The notes beneath the pieces are model-generated. The model saw nothing but the letters and a program-made list of their open reading frames with translations. It had not been told where the DNA came from and did not search any database. A DNA stretch of 63,975 nt, the filler included, from Asterionella formosa (Eukaryota), in the NCBI GenBank assembly GCA_002256025.1. It is 24 parts of 24 records of this genome, joined end to end, with 100 filler letters (N's around TTAATTAATTAA, not from the genome) between each part and the next. Parts side by side here need not be neighbours in the genome. Positions count along the whole stretch, not along the records: positions 45,430 to 47,994 come from NKIB01015117.1; positions 48,095 to 50,659 come from NKIB01015118.1; positions 50,760 to 53,323 come from NKIB01015119.1; positions 53,424 to 55,987 come from NKIB01015120.1; positions 56,088 to 58,650 come from NKIB01015121.1; 19 more parts are not named here. The stretch is one strand, 5' to 3'. Of the stretch, positions 47,584-58,750 are shown one piece after another. The translations under genes were made by a program, and so were the position numbers. The stretch's first letter is position 1. Each line of letters starts with the position of its first letter.

Positions 47584-47994
47584 CATCTAAGCCGCGAAAT
47601 ACGCCACTTTTCGAAATTTCGTCTACGTATGAGTGTTAATTATGTGGTACTTCACATGCATTAATGCCACTCTTCACGTAGAAAAGATTACTTTTAACGG
47701 TTTCATGTGAAGTTTTAACTGCTTCATGTGAAGTTTTCACAATGAATTTTGAACGCGAGACTGAATTAGTTGATGTTTCAAATAATTCATTTGAAAGTTC
47801 AACTAAGATCCTGCTCTTGAGGCTAATACATTCACAACACGCATTTTACTTAATGAAATAGTAAGGATATTTGTGGTGTCTAATGTCATCCATCTGAGAT
47901 CAAAGTTTTACGGTTGTACACATCACATGAAGAACTCACACTCACCGGTAAAAAAGCTCCCTCTTCCCAGTTTTCATGCTATATAGGTTATTAC
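47584..47994 (+). mobile_element. Terminus of a related CATCTAAG transposon subfamily
   Basis: CATCTAAGCCGCGAAATACGCCACTTTTCGAAATTT resembles CATCTAAGACGCCGTTTACGGCACTTTTTCGAATTT. Confidence 0.6.
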
Positions 47995-48096
47995 NNNNNN
48001 NNNNNNNNNNNNNNNNNNNNNNNNNNNNNNNNNNNNNNTTAATTAATTAANNNNNNNNNNNNNNNNNNNNNNNNNNNNNNNNNNNNNNNNNNNNAT

Positions 48097-48525
48097 GCAG
48101 ACGGTAGCTATTCTTGTGAAAAAATCAACAATTCTTCCAAAAAGGTCTTGTCCTTTTGCACGGCCTATGGCCTTCAAACCTTACAGCGCATTTTACTGCC
48201 CTTTGATAAGGATACCATAGACTTCCCATTCGACTATATTGAAGCCATGGCCTGCCCGTCTGGTTGTTTGAATGGAGGCGGACAAGTTAGACTAAGTGAC
48301 AGGGAAGATCCCTCGGAAACTCGTCAGCGAGTGGCATTGAGCCAGGAGACAATGGAAACGTCTCGTGTAGTAGATGCGAGTAATACTGATATTTACAATG
48401 AAACGATTACTCCATTCGGGCATGACGCACAAACATTGTTGCATACTCGATATCATGTGGTCCCCCAATTACAATTTAGCACAGGAGCAACAGCGGGAGT
48501 TGCAGTTCAAGATACGCACTGGTAG
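48097..48525 (+). CDS. NAR1: Cytosolic Fe-S assembly factor NAR1/NARFL ([FeFe]-hydrogenase-like), C-terminal part
   Basis: FCTAYGLQTLQRI, FDYIEAMACPSGCLNGGGQ, LLHTRYH. Confidence 0.88.
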   Translation, partial: ADGSYSCEKINNSSKKVLSFCTAYGLQTLQRILLPFDKDTIDFPFDYIEAMACPSGCLNGGGQVRLSDREDPSETRQRVALSQETMETSRVVDASNTDIYNETITPFGHDAQTLLHTRYHVVPQLQFSTGATAGVAVQDTHW

Positions 48526-50209
48526 GGGCAAATACAAAAGTCGAAATGAATTGTGTCCACGAAAACCGTGATTTAGCCCAAGACTACCCGAGCAAGGTAT
48601 AGACGTCACTCCATTGGCAAACGATTGCTTCCAAGAGACATTTACTTCGTGTGAATGCCACACGTCTACCAGTACCAGTACTTTTATCACAGGGGTTAGG
48701 GATCAAGGCTATATCAACAATACTCCACACATCAGGGTGGACTATCACATATAAATCTAATTAGATAACAAAGTAGGAGTACATTTTAGTCCCTGGTCCC
48801 GGGTAGCAGAGGGACCTGCTTAAAAGTGAATTGCTGCATTTTATCCATGTACGGCAAGAGCTTAAAGGATCACTCCTTTCCCAGCACGGTGGAATCATCT
48901 GCAAAAGTGATCATATCAGGTATCTGGTACCACCTGATGATGTCACTCACTGCATCTTTCCATTGAACATAAGGCAAAGAAGCATTGCTCTTGGAGTACC
49001 AGAGTACCTGGAGACCAGGTAATACCAGCTGCACGGGCAACAGAGAGCGTACAAGAAGGTAGGAAGACCTGGTACACGGTACTCCCACACATGTAGTACC
49101 TGGTACCGGGATACCACATTCGCTCAGTATCCACATATTTATTTATACCAGTACACGGTATACCCTACATATTCAAAACGAGGAACGAATGCCATCATGG
49201 TAAAAATGGCTTTATCATAGCTATCCTACTACATGTGTGTTTCAGGAATGGTGAAGGAAGAAATGAAACTGGCATGCACGCCTCAGCCAAGCAGCAAGTT
49301 TAAAAAAAGTATGAGCGGCAAGCAAGTTGCTAGGTTGAATTTCACAAAGCAAATATTATTTAGGCATGTCCTTCTGATACATAGTGCGGAGACTTATTTT
49401 CTTACATATGATCATACAGAATTATTCCTAAAATTCTAATACTACCAAATTTTATTTAGGCATGTCCTTCTGATACGACGGGGATTTATTTTCTTGTTAT
49501 GTAGGATCATACAGAATTATTCCTAAAATTCGAATACAAGGTAATATGTAAATTGCAAGGTCACATTCAATTTATCATAGCCATATACCGTTACTTGAAA
49601 GTATCATCTCCTTCAACCGACCGCTTTTAGTGTTCTCAATTACCGCGTCAACAACAGTTTGTGTTCGCTACTATGTATTGTGTACATAACCGCCAATGTT
49701 CTGATTTCTATGTAAATAATAGGGTAAGTCGTGTAGATGATGATTGACTGCATCATCACAAGCAAGGGAACATCGCTCAGCTTATATCGAAACTACCAGT
49801 ACTTCAAACAACTTTAAACATGACTACCGGTACCTGGTACCTGGTAAACGATAGTATGGCCATTGTCTGTTCGTTCTGGTACCTGGTACCAGGTACCAGT
49901 ATCTGGTAGGACCAGGTGGCAATTGACATCATGAATGAATATGAGTTGTCAAATGCGATGTTTGAAGTATATCGTACGTACAGAATACTTCGTAGCCATC
50001 TTATTTTAAATATACATGCACAAGTTACCTGTAGAATGCTCTTCACAAAGAACCAGGGTCAAGGACGTCAACATATAGCCAAATCATGTTGACGCCACGA
50101 AGCAATGGCTGGCTTTTCTTCAACAGATATATTCGCCGTTCTCATAATTTAAAGCACGTTGTAGTAATTCATAGACTTGCACAAAAATCTTTTCATCAAC
50201 GAACAGAAA

Positions 50210-50659
50210 ATGAAGGCAGAAAGAAGGAACCGCAAAGTTATCATCACCGCCATCATAGTCGGTGCAGTCCTCTTGGCAGGAGTTATCACTGCCTCAGTCT
50301 TACTCACGCGAGACGATGACAACACAAATACTAATCCATGGATTCCGGTAGATACAGAAAACGTCCCAGCTTCCCTAAGTTTTGACGTGGTTACAAGTCT
50401 TGTTGAAGCCGGATGCTCAGATACCTCTGCAGTGAAGGGGCAAAAATGGCTTAACGCTCTACTCAGTAATGACGAACAGGTTGTGCTCGTTAAACTGAAC
50501 GTGATCATCACTAAAACCATTTCCTCAAATAATTCCGCGGCATTTCAGGTCTATTATCTTGTAAATGGTACTTTGATACCTCAGGGTGATCAACTTGTGG
50601 ATCCTGACTTCACGCCCACCGCAGAGCTTTCGTTGGACTTGTCAAATGATGGATCAACA
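50210..50659 (+). CDS. Single-pass membrane protein, possibly with FG-GAP-like beta-propeller repeats (3'-truncated)
   Basis: RRNRK followed by a strong TM segment; the QGDQL...SLDLSNDGST pattern at the contig end; the start is uncertain. Confidence 0.55.
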
Positions 50660-50829
50660 NNNNNNNNNNNNNNNNNNNNNNNNNNNNNNNNNNNNNNNNN
50701 NNNTTAATTAATTAANNNNNNNNNNNNNNNNNNNNNNNNNNNNNNNNNNNNNNNNNNNNCTTGATCACAATTCTCTTGATAAATGAATTAGCTTTGACTG
50801 GATAGTACCCTCCCTTGTCTTAAGGTCAC

Positions 50830-51450
50830 AGCCAAAACGATTTGGGATCCCAAAATTCGTGGCAAAATGCATGTTAGCAATAATTTTATGCCATGACCTG
50901 GCCCGCCTTCTATGTCCGCACTGCATGTGGTGTCTCTACCACAATATTCACCACTACTACCGCACTCCTTAGTATCCTTGGCGTCCTCCAGGGTAGCGGC
51001 GCGGCGCCTTACATCTGGATGTGTCTTAGCAATGTCCTGCTACAAGCCCTCAGCTCCTTAACAGATGGTTTCTATGCATGTTGTCCCTGTGGCTTACTTA
51101 TCTCTCAACGCCCAGGCAAAGCATTTGTGGATGACACTGACCTGTGGCGATCCTCTGACGCACATCCTTACTGGTTTGGAGATAGTTGCCTCAATGGCGG
51201 AAGTTGCACAACATTGGGAGCGCCTTCTCTATGCCAGTGGTGGCGCTCTAGCCCCGCAAAACTGTTTCTTTTACCTAATGGGTGGACTGGACCTGGGATT
51301 GCCACGGGTGCCCCTCTCTTCTACCAAACTGGGCCTCCCCCCATTTGACTCTCAAAGTGACTTTTGGAAGATCTTTTCTGTCTTTTTCAATTCCGTAAAT
51401 AGGATGTCACACCGGCAAACACTCTCTCGGTGTCAGAGCAGCCCCTAATG
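50830..51450 (+). pseudogene. Degenerate reverse transcriptase of a non-LTR retrotransposon (possibly the diatom Ambal-like group)
   Basis: GVLQGSGAAPYIW, AFVDDTDLW and WERLLYASGGALAPQNCFFY split across frames. Confidence 0.8.
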
Positions 51451-51994
51451 GCTTGTTTCCGTCTGCAAATAGCTAAAAAACATCATATTCCTATGATGCA
51501 TCATAGGATTATGATCTGTTATGTCATTTCAGCTGAATTTCTTTATTCAGCTGAAATGATGATATGAGCACACAAAATCTGGTGAGCAATTTTCTTTAAA
51601 ATGAATTAGCTGCAAGTAAATATATTTCTGAGGCAGGCCTCATGATTCCTCTTATCTAATTTTTGGGTAATTTTTATTTCACCCAAAACCTCTTTTCTCT
51701 ATCGAAACTTAGATTTATTTAGATATCAGCAGGACGAGCGAGTGATAGCAATCTCTCCTGTCAAATGCTTACCTGTAGCCACGTCTGCAAATAAAAACCA
51801 TCATATTTCCATGATGCATCATAGGATTATGATCATCTGATCATAATTTTTTGTTATATCATCTAATAATTTTGATAAATGCCCTTGTAATTTAAATAGT
51901 AACCCTTTTGACTATGGAAATTTAATTATTTTATGTATTGTTTCGTTTAGGTTCCTTTAATTAAATTTCTTGTTAGGATAATGTACCAGGTAGA

Positions 51995-53323
51995 GTAATG
52001 TGGTTTGGCTCATCATCCTTGCCAGTCCTCACTCTGATTCTTGCAACAACGACAAACCAGCCTTGTCGAGAGGAACGAATGTTTGTGATAAAATCTTCAT
52101 TTGTCATTCAAGTCATCACATGTCTTCGATGAATCATCATCTACATTGCACAGTATGTTTGTACCAATCCGTTAAGAGCTTGTTGAAAAGAAATCCAATG
52201 AAAACGAAATGGCTCATCACACAAGACGAATTCTTCCGGCCGGTCTGTCACCAGAGCATCAATCAGTGTTACAACCTCAATCATAGCTAAACAACATCCA
52301 TTATAGAACAGCACAATCTACTTCTCCGTAACATCGTCTCTCTAACAAGAATGTAATACATCTACAATTGAAACGCAGCATAGCAGGCGATATGCTCAAA
52401 GAAGCATGAGACTGTCTATTTATAGTAACAGAGTGATTCTAGTTTTGTAATTTTCATGTCTCATTAGATTTTATTTGTCATCGTTCTAGTTCCTTACCAT
52501 TAAAGATAGAAGCCTATTCTTTGATGTATCTGGAATATTTCAATGGATGGCAGCAGTTGGATTTAGACACAAACCTCCACAAAAGCACTAGTACCTTGTA
52601 GATGTTCATGAAAAGCGAGACACTTTGGCCTATCGAACATTAGCCAGTCTATACTGCAAATATGCAAGAAGCACAAGTTGAATGCCCATTTATGGAGGGA
52701 TTCAATTTTCAGTAGTGCAACAATGTAAAATATTAGAAACCGGAAGTCACATTTCATCTAATTACGGTTTTCATTAGTAGCTATACTAGCTAGTATTGAT
52801 TGAGAGGAAGAAATGGTAGAATGGCTGCCAAACGGGCGGGAGGCAAACACAGAGAATCCTACTAATTTTTCTCCCCAATGATCCCCATCCCTTTTTGAAT
52901 GTCACTTGCTAAAGAAAATGGAGAACAGCCGCCATGATCTGTTGATTGTTGCTTTATGGTGCCACTGACCAAAACCTCCAGAAATCTCAATGAGTTGCTT
53001 GTTTCTTGACTTGAATGCAAAAGGGATCGAAACCAGTGGAAAAATCAAAAGGGAACTAAAAATGCTCTGCAAACATCAGGACAATTGTGAAAGAGAAATG
53101 AAGGTTCTTGGGAGGAGAAGTAAAGAGATAATTGCTTCTGGTCTTGCGGGAACAAGAATAGATTGACCCAAACAATGTTGACAAATCGGTACCTACGGGA
53201 AAAGAAAGCATTGCTTTCAGCATCATCAATCTATACACAAGCCTGCGCCACCTGATGTCGTCAATATAGCTACCTCGACTTCATCAATGAAGAAGTCAAT
53301 GAGTGGAGCATGTGAGGAAAATC
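51995..53323 (+). mobile_element. Decayed DNA-transposon copy (inverted homologue at 62300..63632)
   Basis: Colinear reverse-complement similarity over about 1.3 kb. Confidence 0.8.
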
Positions 53324-53423
53324 NNNNNNNNNNNNNNNNNNNNNNNNNNNNNNNNNNNNNNNNNNNNTTAATTAATTAANNNNNNNNNNNNNNNNNNNNN
53401 NNNNNNNNNNNNNNNNNNNNNNN

Positions 53424-55013
53424 ATGCTGTTCCCTTGACCACTATATCCCAGGCTGGAGGCACATTACAATTCGTCACAGGCAGATGCAGCGGAAGAGTT
53501 CTAGCCACAGGTAGTGATCCTCTAGGCAGATGGAGCTACCAGACACTCCGATCACACTCTCATAACCGCCTGACATTTATAACAGCTTACCGAGTCTGTC
53601 AGAATCAAAGAACAGGCCCACAAACAGCATATGAGCATCAGCGTTCTCACTTAATTGAACATTACAAAGACAATAACCCCAATCCACGGCTCTCAATGCT
53701 TCAATCTCTCCAAACATTCATTATTTCCCTTACAGCCAAAAATCATGAGGTTCTCTTGATGTGGGATGCAAACTGTCTTGCGTCAGATTCTGATATTGCC
53801 CTCTTCCTGCGTACATGCTCTCTCACTGATCTTCTATCCTCCCGCGGCATTCCATCCCATGCGTCAACCTCTTCCAGAGGACGCGACATTGACTTTATCC
53901 ATGGCACTCCACTTCTCCTCTCAGCAGTCCAAAGGGGTGGTATTCTGAGTTTTCACCAAAGCCCCCATAGCAATCATCGAGCGCTATATGTAGATCTCGA
54001 CGAAAAACTACTCTTCCAGGATAGCTCGACAGACCCCACTGCTCCCAGCCACCGCCTGCTCCGTCTTAGCAACCGAGGCCAGTGTGCCAAATATCTAGGG
54101 GCAGTCAATGAATACCTTACCTCGCACAAAGTGTTTGATCGACTCAACCTTCTTGTCCATCTTAATCTTTCAAACAAATCCTTACAGGAAATTCAAGCAG
54201 CTTATGAATCACTCGACAGAGATATCACAGCAGCTCTTCTGAATGCTGAACGACGATTGGCCCGAGCTTCATATGGCTATCCCTGGTCTCCCAAACTGGT
54301 GCGCTGTGGACAGGACCACCTTTTTTGAAAAAAGCGACGCTCCGATCTTATCCGCTTTGGTGATTCTCTTGCAAGCCTATCAAATCTCTCTACTCTTTAA
54401 ATTCCAGACCTACCCACCCTCCTTGACCATAGACAGGATCTAGATTACCTGACAAATTGTCTTCAAGCTTCCCGTCTAAAGCTTAATGAGTGTCAGGCCC
54501 ACTCGAAATCACTACGCACCGCACATCTTGAAGAACGGGCATTATATGCAGCTCAAACATCAGATTGTAACGCAGAAATTGCTCTGAACAACATCCTCAA
54601 GGCTGAAGAGGTTCGCCATACCTTTCAAAAACTTAGAAAACATGCAAAAGGGCAACACCACTCTACCCTCCAACGAGTGGAAATGTCACTTCTAAACCCA
54701 GATGGATCTCCCACTGGGGCAACCACCTCTATTTCCGATCCTGCACAACTGTTCACAGCGATTATCAATCAAAACAAAGAACACTTCAGCCAGGCCACCT
54801 CTTCCCCTGGAGCTAGTGGCCGCCTGAGCACTTTCATTCCCCCATTCTCCCGGAATAAGTACACAGATGAAATATTGGCAGGCACTTTCGTCACTCCCAA
54901 CATTGACCCGATTGAGGAGGTTAGCCTTTTTCTTCAAACAATGGCTAAACCCACATCTCTCCAGGGCATTGATTCCATTGATATCACCATCACTGGAGAG
55001 AATTTTCGATCTA
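53424..55013 (+). mobile_element. Non-LTR retrotransposon ORF2: APE endonuclease and linker, with a stop and a frameshift, cut by a CATCTAAG insertion
   Basis: QAGGT, DPLGRWSY, ITAYRVC, LMWDAN, IDFIHG, SNHRALYVDL, PWSPKL; TGA at 54326..54328 probably replaces TGG. Confidence 0.85.
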
Positions 55014-55987
55014 CATCTAAGACGCCGTTTACGGCACTTTTTCGAATTTATGTGTAAAGTGACGTATTTATGCTACTTTTTTAAAATATTATGTTACTTT
55101 TCTAAAATATTATGTTACTTTTTTGAAATATTATGCTACTTTTTCCCTAATTTATTCGGGTTAAACAAAAATTTATTTCACTTATTGAATAATTATGTGA
55201 TCACACCAATAATTATGTGTGTTCGTGACAATATATGTTGACCAACTAGCCATCGCAACAGTTTAAAAGCGAAATTATGCTGCTCTGCCGCAATATTATG
55301 CTGCTTTCACCATATAATGAACGAAAGAGTCGCCAATTCTGATACACTTATTATTTTTTCCGCTCCGACATATCACTTTGATCTGAACTGGCAAAGAATA
55401 ACACATGCAAGAGGAAGATTCACACTGTAGAATTCAGCACACGTAGTAGTAGTAGTTGATGTTGTAGACACATAATTAAGTCATTGTTGATTGTAGAGAT
55501 TACAATAGCCTGCCAGATTGGAAATAAAGCACCGTTGGTACTTGTTGAACATCGTTTAGCATTGCATGTCGCCATAGCTAGTGAGTCAAAATTGAGATGT
55601 GCCGCAATGGCCTTCTCCGTTTCGGAGCAGCTACAAATAGTCTGCAGCAATAAGTCGAGCAAGTACAATATAGAAAAAGAAGGAAACGATGCTGAGTAGC
55701 TCACAATAAGGAATTGAATCCGTTATTTCGTTAAGAAACAGCTGTTGCATATTTCAACCTTGGATGTCGCCGTAGTGAGTCAAAATTGAGATGTGCCGCA
55801 ATGACCGTCTTCTTTTCGGAGCAGCTACAAATAGTCTGCAGCAATAAGTCGAGCAAGTACAATATAGAAAAAGAAGGAAAGGATGCTGAGTAGCTGACAA
55901 CAATTGAATTCGTAAATTCGTTCAGAAACAGCTGTTGCATATTTCAACCTTGCATGTCGCCGTAGTGAGTCAAAATTGAGATGTGCC
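55014..55987 (+). mobile_element. CATCTAAG DNA transposon end with subterminal repeats (CACTA/CMC-like) and a tandem repeat of about 190 bp
   Basis: Four TATG(C/T)TACTTTT units at about 55065..55145; TAGTGAGTCAAAATTGAGATGTGCC at 55579, 55773 and 55963. Confidence 0.7.
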
Positions 55988-56104
55988 NNNNNNNNNNNNN
56001 NNNNNNNNNNNNNNNNNNNNNNNNNNNNNNNTTAATTAATTAANNNNNNNNNNNNNNNNNNNNNNNNNNNNNNNNNNNNNNNNNNNNATTCTACATACCT
56101 TCTG

Positions 56105-56335
56105 CTCATATACCGGTATGCCAACTACCGGTAAACATGCAGGCTGGCTGGTGGTTAAGACTACCGGTATCAGTACTGTCACCTGGTACCAGGTGGAGTA
56201 CCGGGTACCAGGTACCAGATACTGCCTCTACCTGGTATGGTACCTGGTACCAGGCACCTGGTACCCTACCAGTCCGGTACCTGGTACCGGTGTCTGGTTG
56301 CGTCTGATCGGTACCAGGTAGCTGGTACCGGCACT
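56105..56335. repeat. Dense TA-punctuated CCGG/CCAGG/CCTGG array; similar arrays at 700..786, 17220..17272, 24183..24220, 31483..31575, 48925..49110, 49824..49918 and 56811..56856
   Basis: Directly visible, e.g. TACCTGGTATGGTACCTGGTACCAGG. Confidence 0.9.
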
Positions 56336-58750
56336 CACATGAGTACAATAGGTACAGCCATCGTGGAGGTGAACGAGGTGTTGTTCTAAAAAGTCATTGC
56401 TCATCATCAGACATCTACCGGACACTTACGCTGATTTTCGTAGAAATGTTCGGACAGTAGGCCGGTTTTTCAGCCGAAGTCTGAACTTCCGTTCATTCCC
56501 ATTTCATAATTTAACACGGTATATCTAGTACTACTATGTTGAACTTGGAGTGAAGTTTGATCATTTGAGGGAAATACCGGACGAACGGCCGTTTTTTTCT
56601 GGTAGCTGTTTTCTCGTGGCATTTTACATATGTAGTAGTTGTCTTGATGGAATCTGTGTTTATGCACTTCGATGCAAATTACGTAAGTATCATGTGTGAA
56701 TGGGCAATTGTCAACTATCGTACTGGTATCTTAGGAACCAGCGTCACCAAGCAAAAAGGCAAGGACTTGGCTGTGGTACATACGTGGTCTCTCACGATAG
56801 GGCCCCTTTTGTACCTGGTACCTGGTACCATACCATACCATGTACCTACCGGTAGTATACAGCACTTCGATCCAAATTATGGCTTGGTGGCCCCCCCAAA
56901 GTACATCAGGTACAAACCGGCCCATTGTACCAGTAGCTGGTTCTACTTTTTTAAATTTTAGCACAACCTAATATTTGTTTTGAATACATAAAAGTAGAGT
57001 CGTCCAAGTTGATGTCGTTCATTTCCTCTTCATTAAATATATGAATGAACATACCACTTGTTAATAATAAACCATCATGAATCTCTTGACAAATACATGC
57101 CACATACACTGAGGAGCCACAGCCTCACACTTGATTGCTACACTCACCATGATGATACCTCTGTTTGTCATTGTTTGATCTTCACCATCAACTCCTTGCT
57201 ATAACTATGATCGACCAGCAATGCCATCCTCATTGAGTCTCAGATGTTCTTGGTGACAGGTAGTACCATTCGTTCCATGTTCCATGAGCTTGTTGGAAAC
57301 TTGCAATTGATTTTCAGTGATAAAGGGAGAACGAATAGAAAGAAACACGACAAATGGTAACAATACTAACAAGCAAGGCACTGAAGGTAATCCTTGCCCG
57401 TCAGCATAAATCCAATGCCCATGTCTGAACATGAAGAGGCGATTTCTCAGAATTGCCAAAAGCTTGCTGTGGTGAATTCTGTCTACAAGTTTCAACCAAA
57501 AAACAAGGAAAGGAGAAAGATATCTACAGGTTTCAACGAAAAGTACAAGAAGGATTTGATCCATTTCGAAGTAATTTAAAATGATGCAATTGATAAGAGA
57601 GTCTTGGAATTGAGAGGATTGATTTTCGTGGTGACAAGAGAATGCCTTGCATCAATCAAGGATACAAGATTGATGTTATGGGGAATGTGGGTCCTCCTTT
57701 ATTGTTTGTTGAAACAGGAACATTTACCCACGCAAATTCATTTCTGAAATTGAGTGGGCTCAACATATTTGATGTACCACTATAATTTCTGTTTGTAAAC
57801 ATCTTTGGAGGAAGGAAAAAAGAAAGGCAACTAAATCTTGAATGCATTGCATTTTGGTCTCAACCAACGGCCATACATACTTTAATATAATTGTTGCGAA
57901 GTAGACAAAGAAAGATGGACCAAAGCAATGAACATACTTGTTCTCAACCACATATGATTCATAATGCTGCGATATAATTGAACTTATTAATCCTTTCCAC
58001 TTACTAATGTATGTTATTAATAATATTCTAGCATTAACTATCTTCCTTGGCAGTTTTGAGGTTCATCAAACTTGTCATGGTTCATTCCTCCTTCTCAGAC
58101 CAAATGTCCTGTGCATTTTGCTTTGTAATTTCAAAATGTTTGCTTTGCTTTGCCTTGCCTTGACAACCAATGTTAAAATCGCTCAAAACTAAATTGGAAT
58201 GAGTGCCCTCGAGGAACCATCATCTCATAGTTCCAATTCTTGAACCAGCAGTGAACAAGCAATCCACAGGATCACATTAAGGAACAAAGATAAGAGAAGG
58301 TAAGTGATGGCCATTGCAATGGCCGTTGTGATGACCAAAAACAAGCACTTTTGAGGGATAAATATTTAAAAGGTGACCAGTCAAGATTCTCAAGGCCTGC
58401 TTATCCCAATCCAATGGTTATTTGTCTAATCTTTGCACTTGGAATGTATTTATGTCAATTCAATGCAGCTGTTGAAAATATTAGTTGTTTAAAGGCCATC
58501 ACCAAGACAAGAGATTTTGTCCCTTTTTAACAGGTTTTGAGGATGAGCAGTGATGATGAGCTTCTCGATCCTTGGATGGCAAGAGTATACTCTGCAGTAG
58601 TAGACAAAATGGTTGTAAATTATGGTAACAATCAGCATTATATATGCCGCNNNNNNNNNNNNNNNNNNNNNNNNNNNNNNNNNNNNNNNNNNNNTTAATT
58701 AATTAANNNNNNNNNNNNNNNNNNNNNNNNNNNNNNNNNNNNNNNNNNNN

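Noticed and set aside
48097..48525. True [FeFe]-hydrogenase
   Set aside because: CPSGCLNGGGQ with AYG and LLHTRYH fits the eukaryotic NAR1 family, and no maturase genes are in view.
56106..56425. Short ORFs rich in VPGT/YQVP/GTWY
   Set aside because: They are translations of the GGTACC/CCAGG arrays and recur wherever the arrays occur.
57000..58650. Possible decayed coding sequence (also 45430..46900)
   Set aside because: Only short broken frames with no motif that could be assigned.
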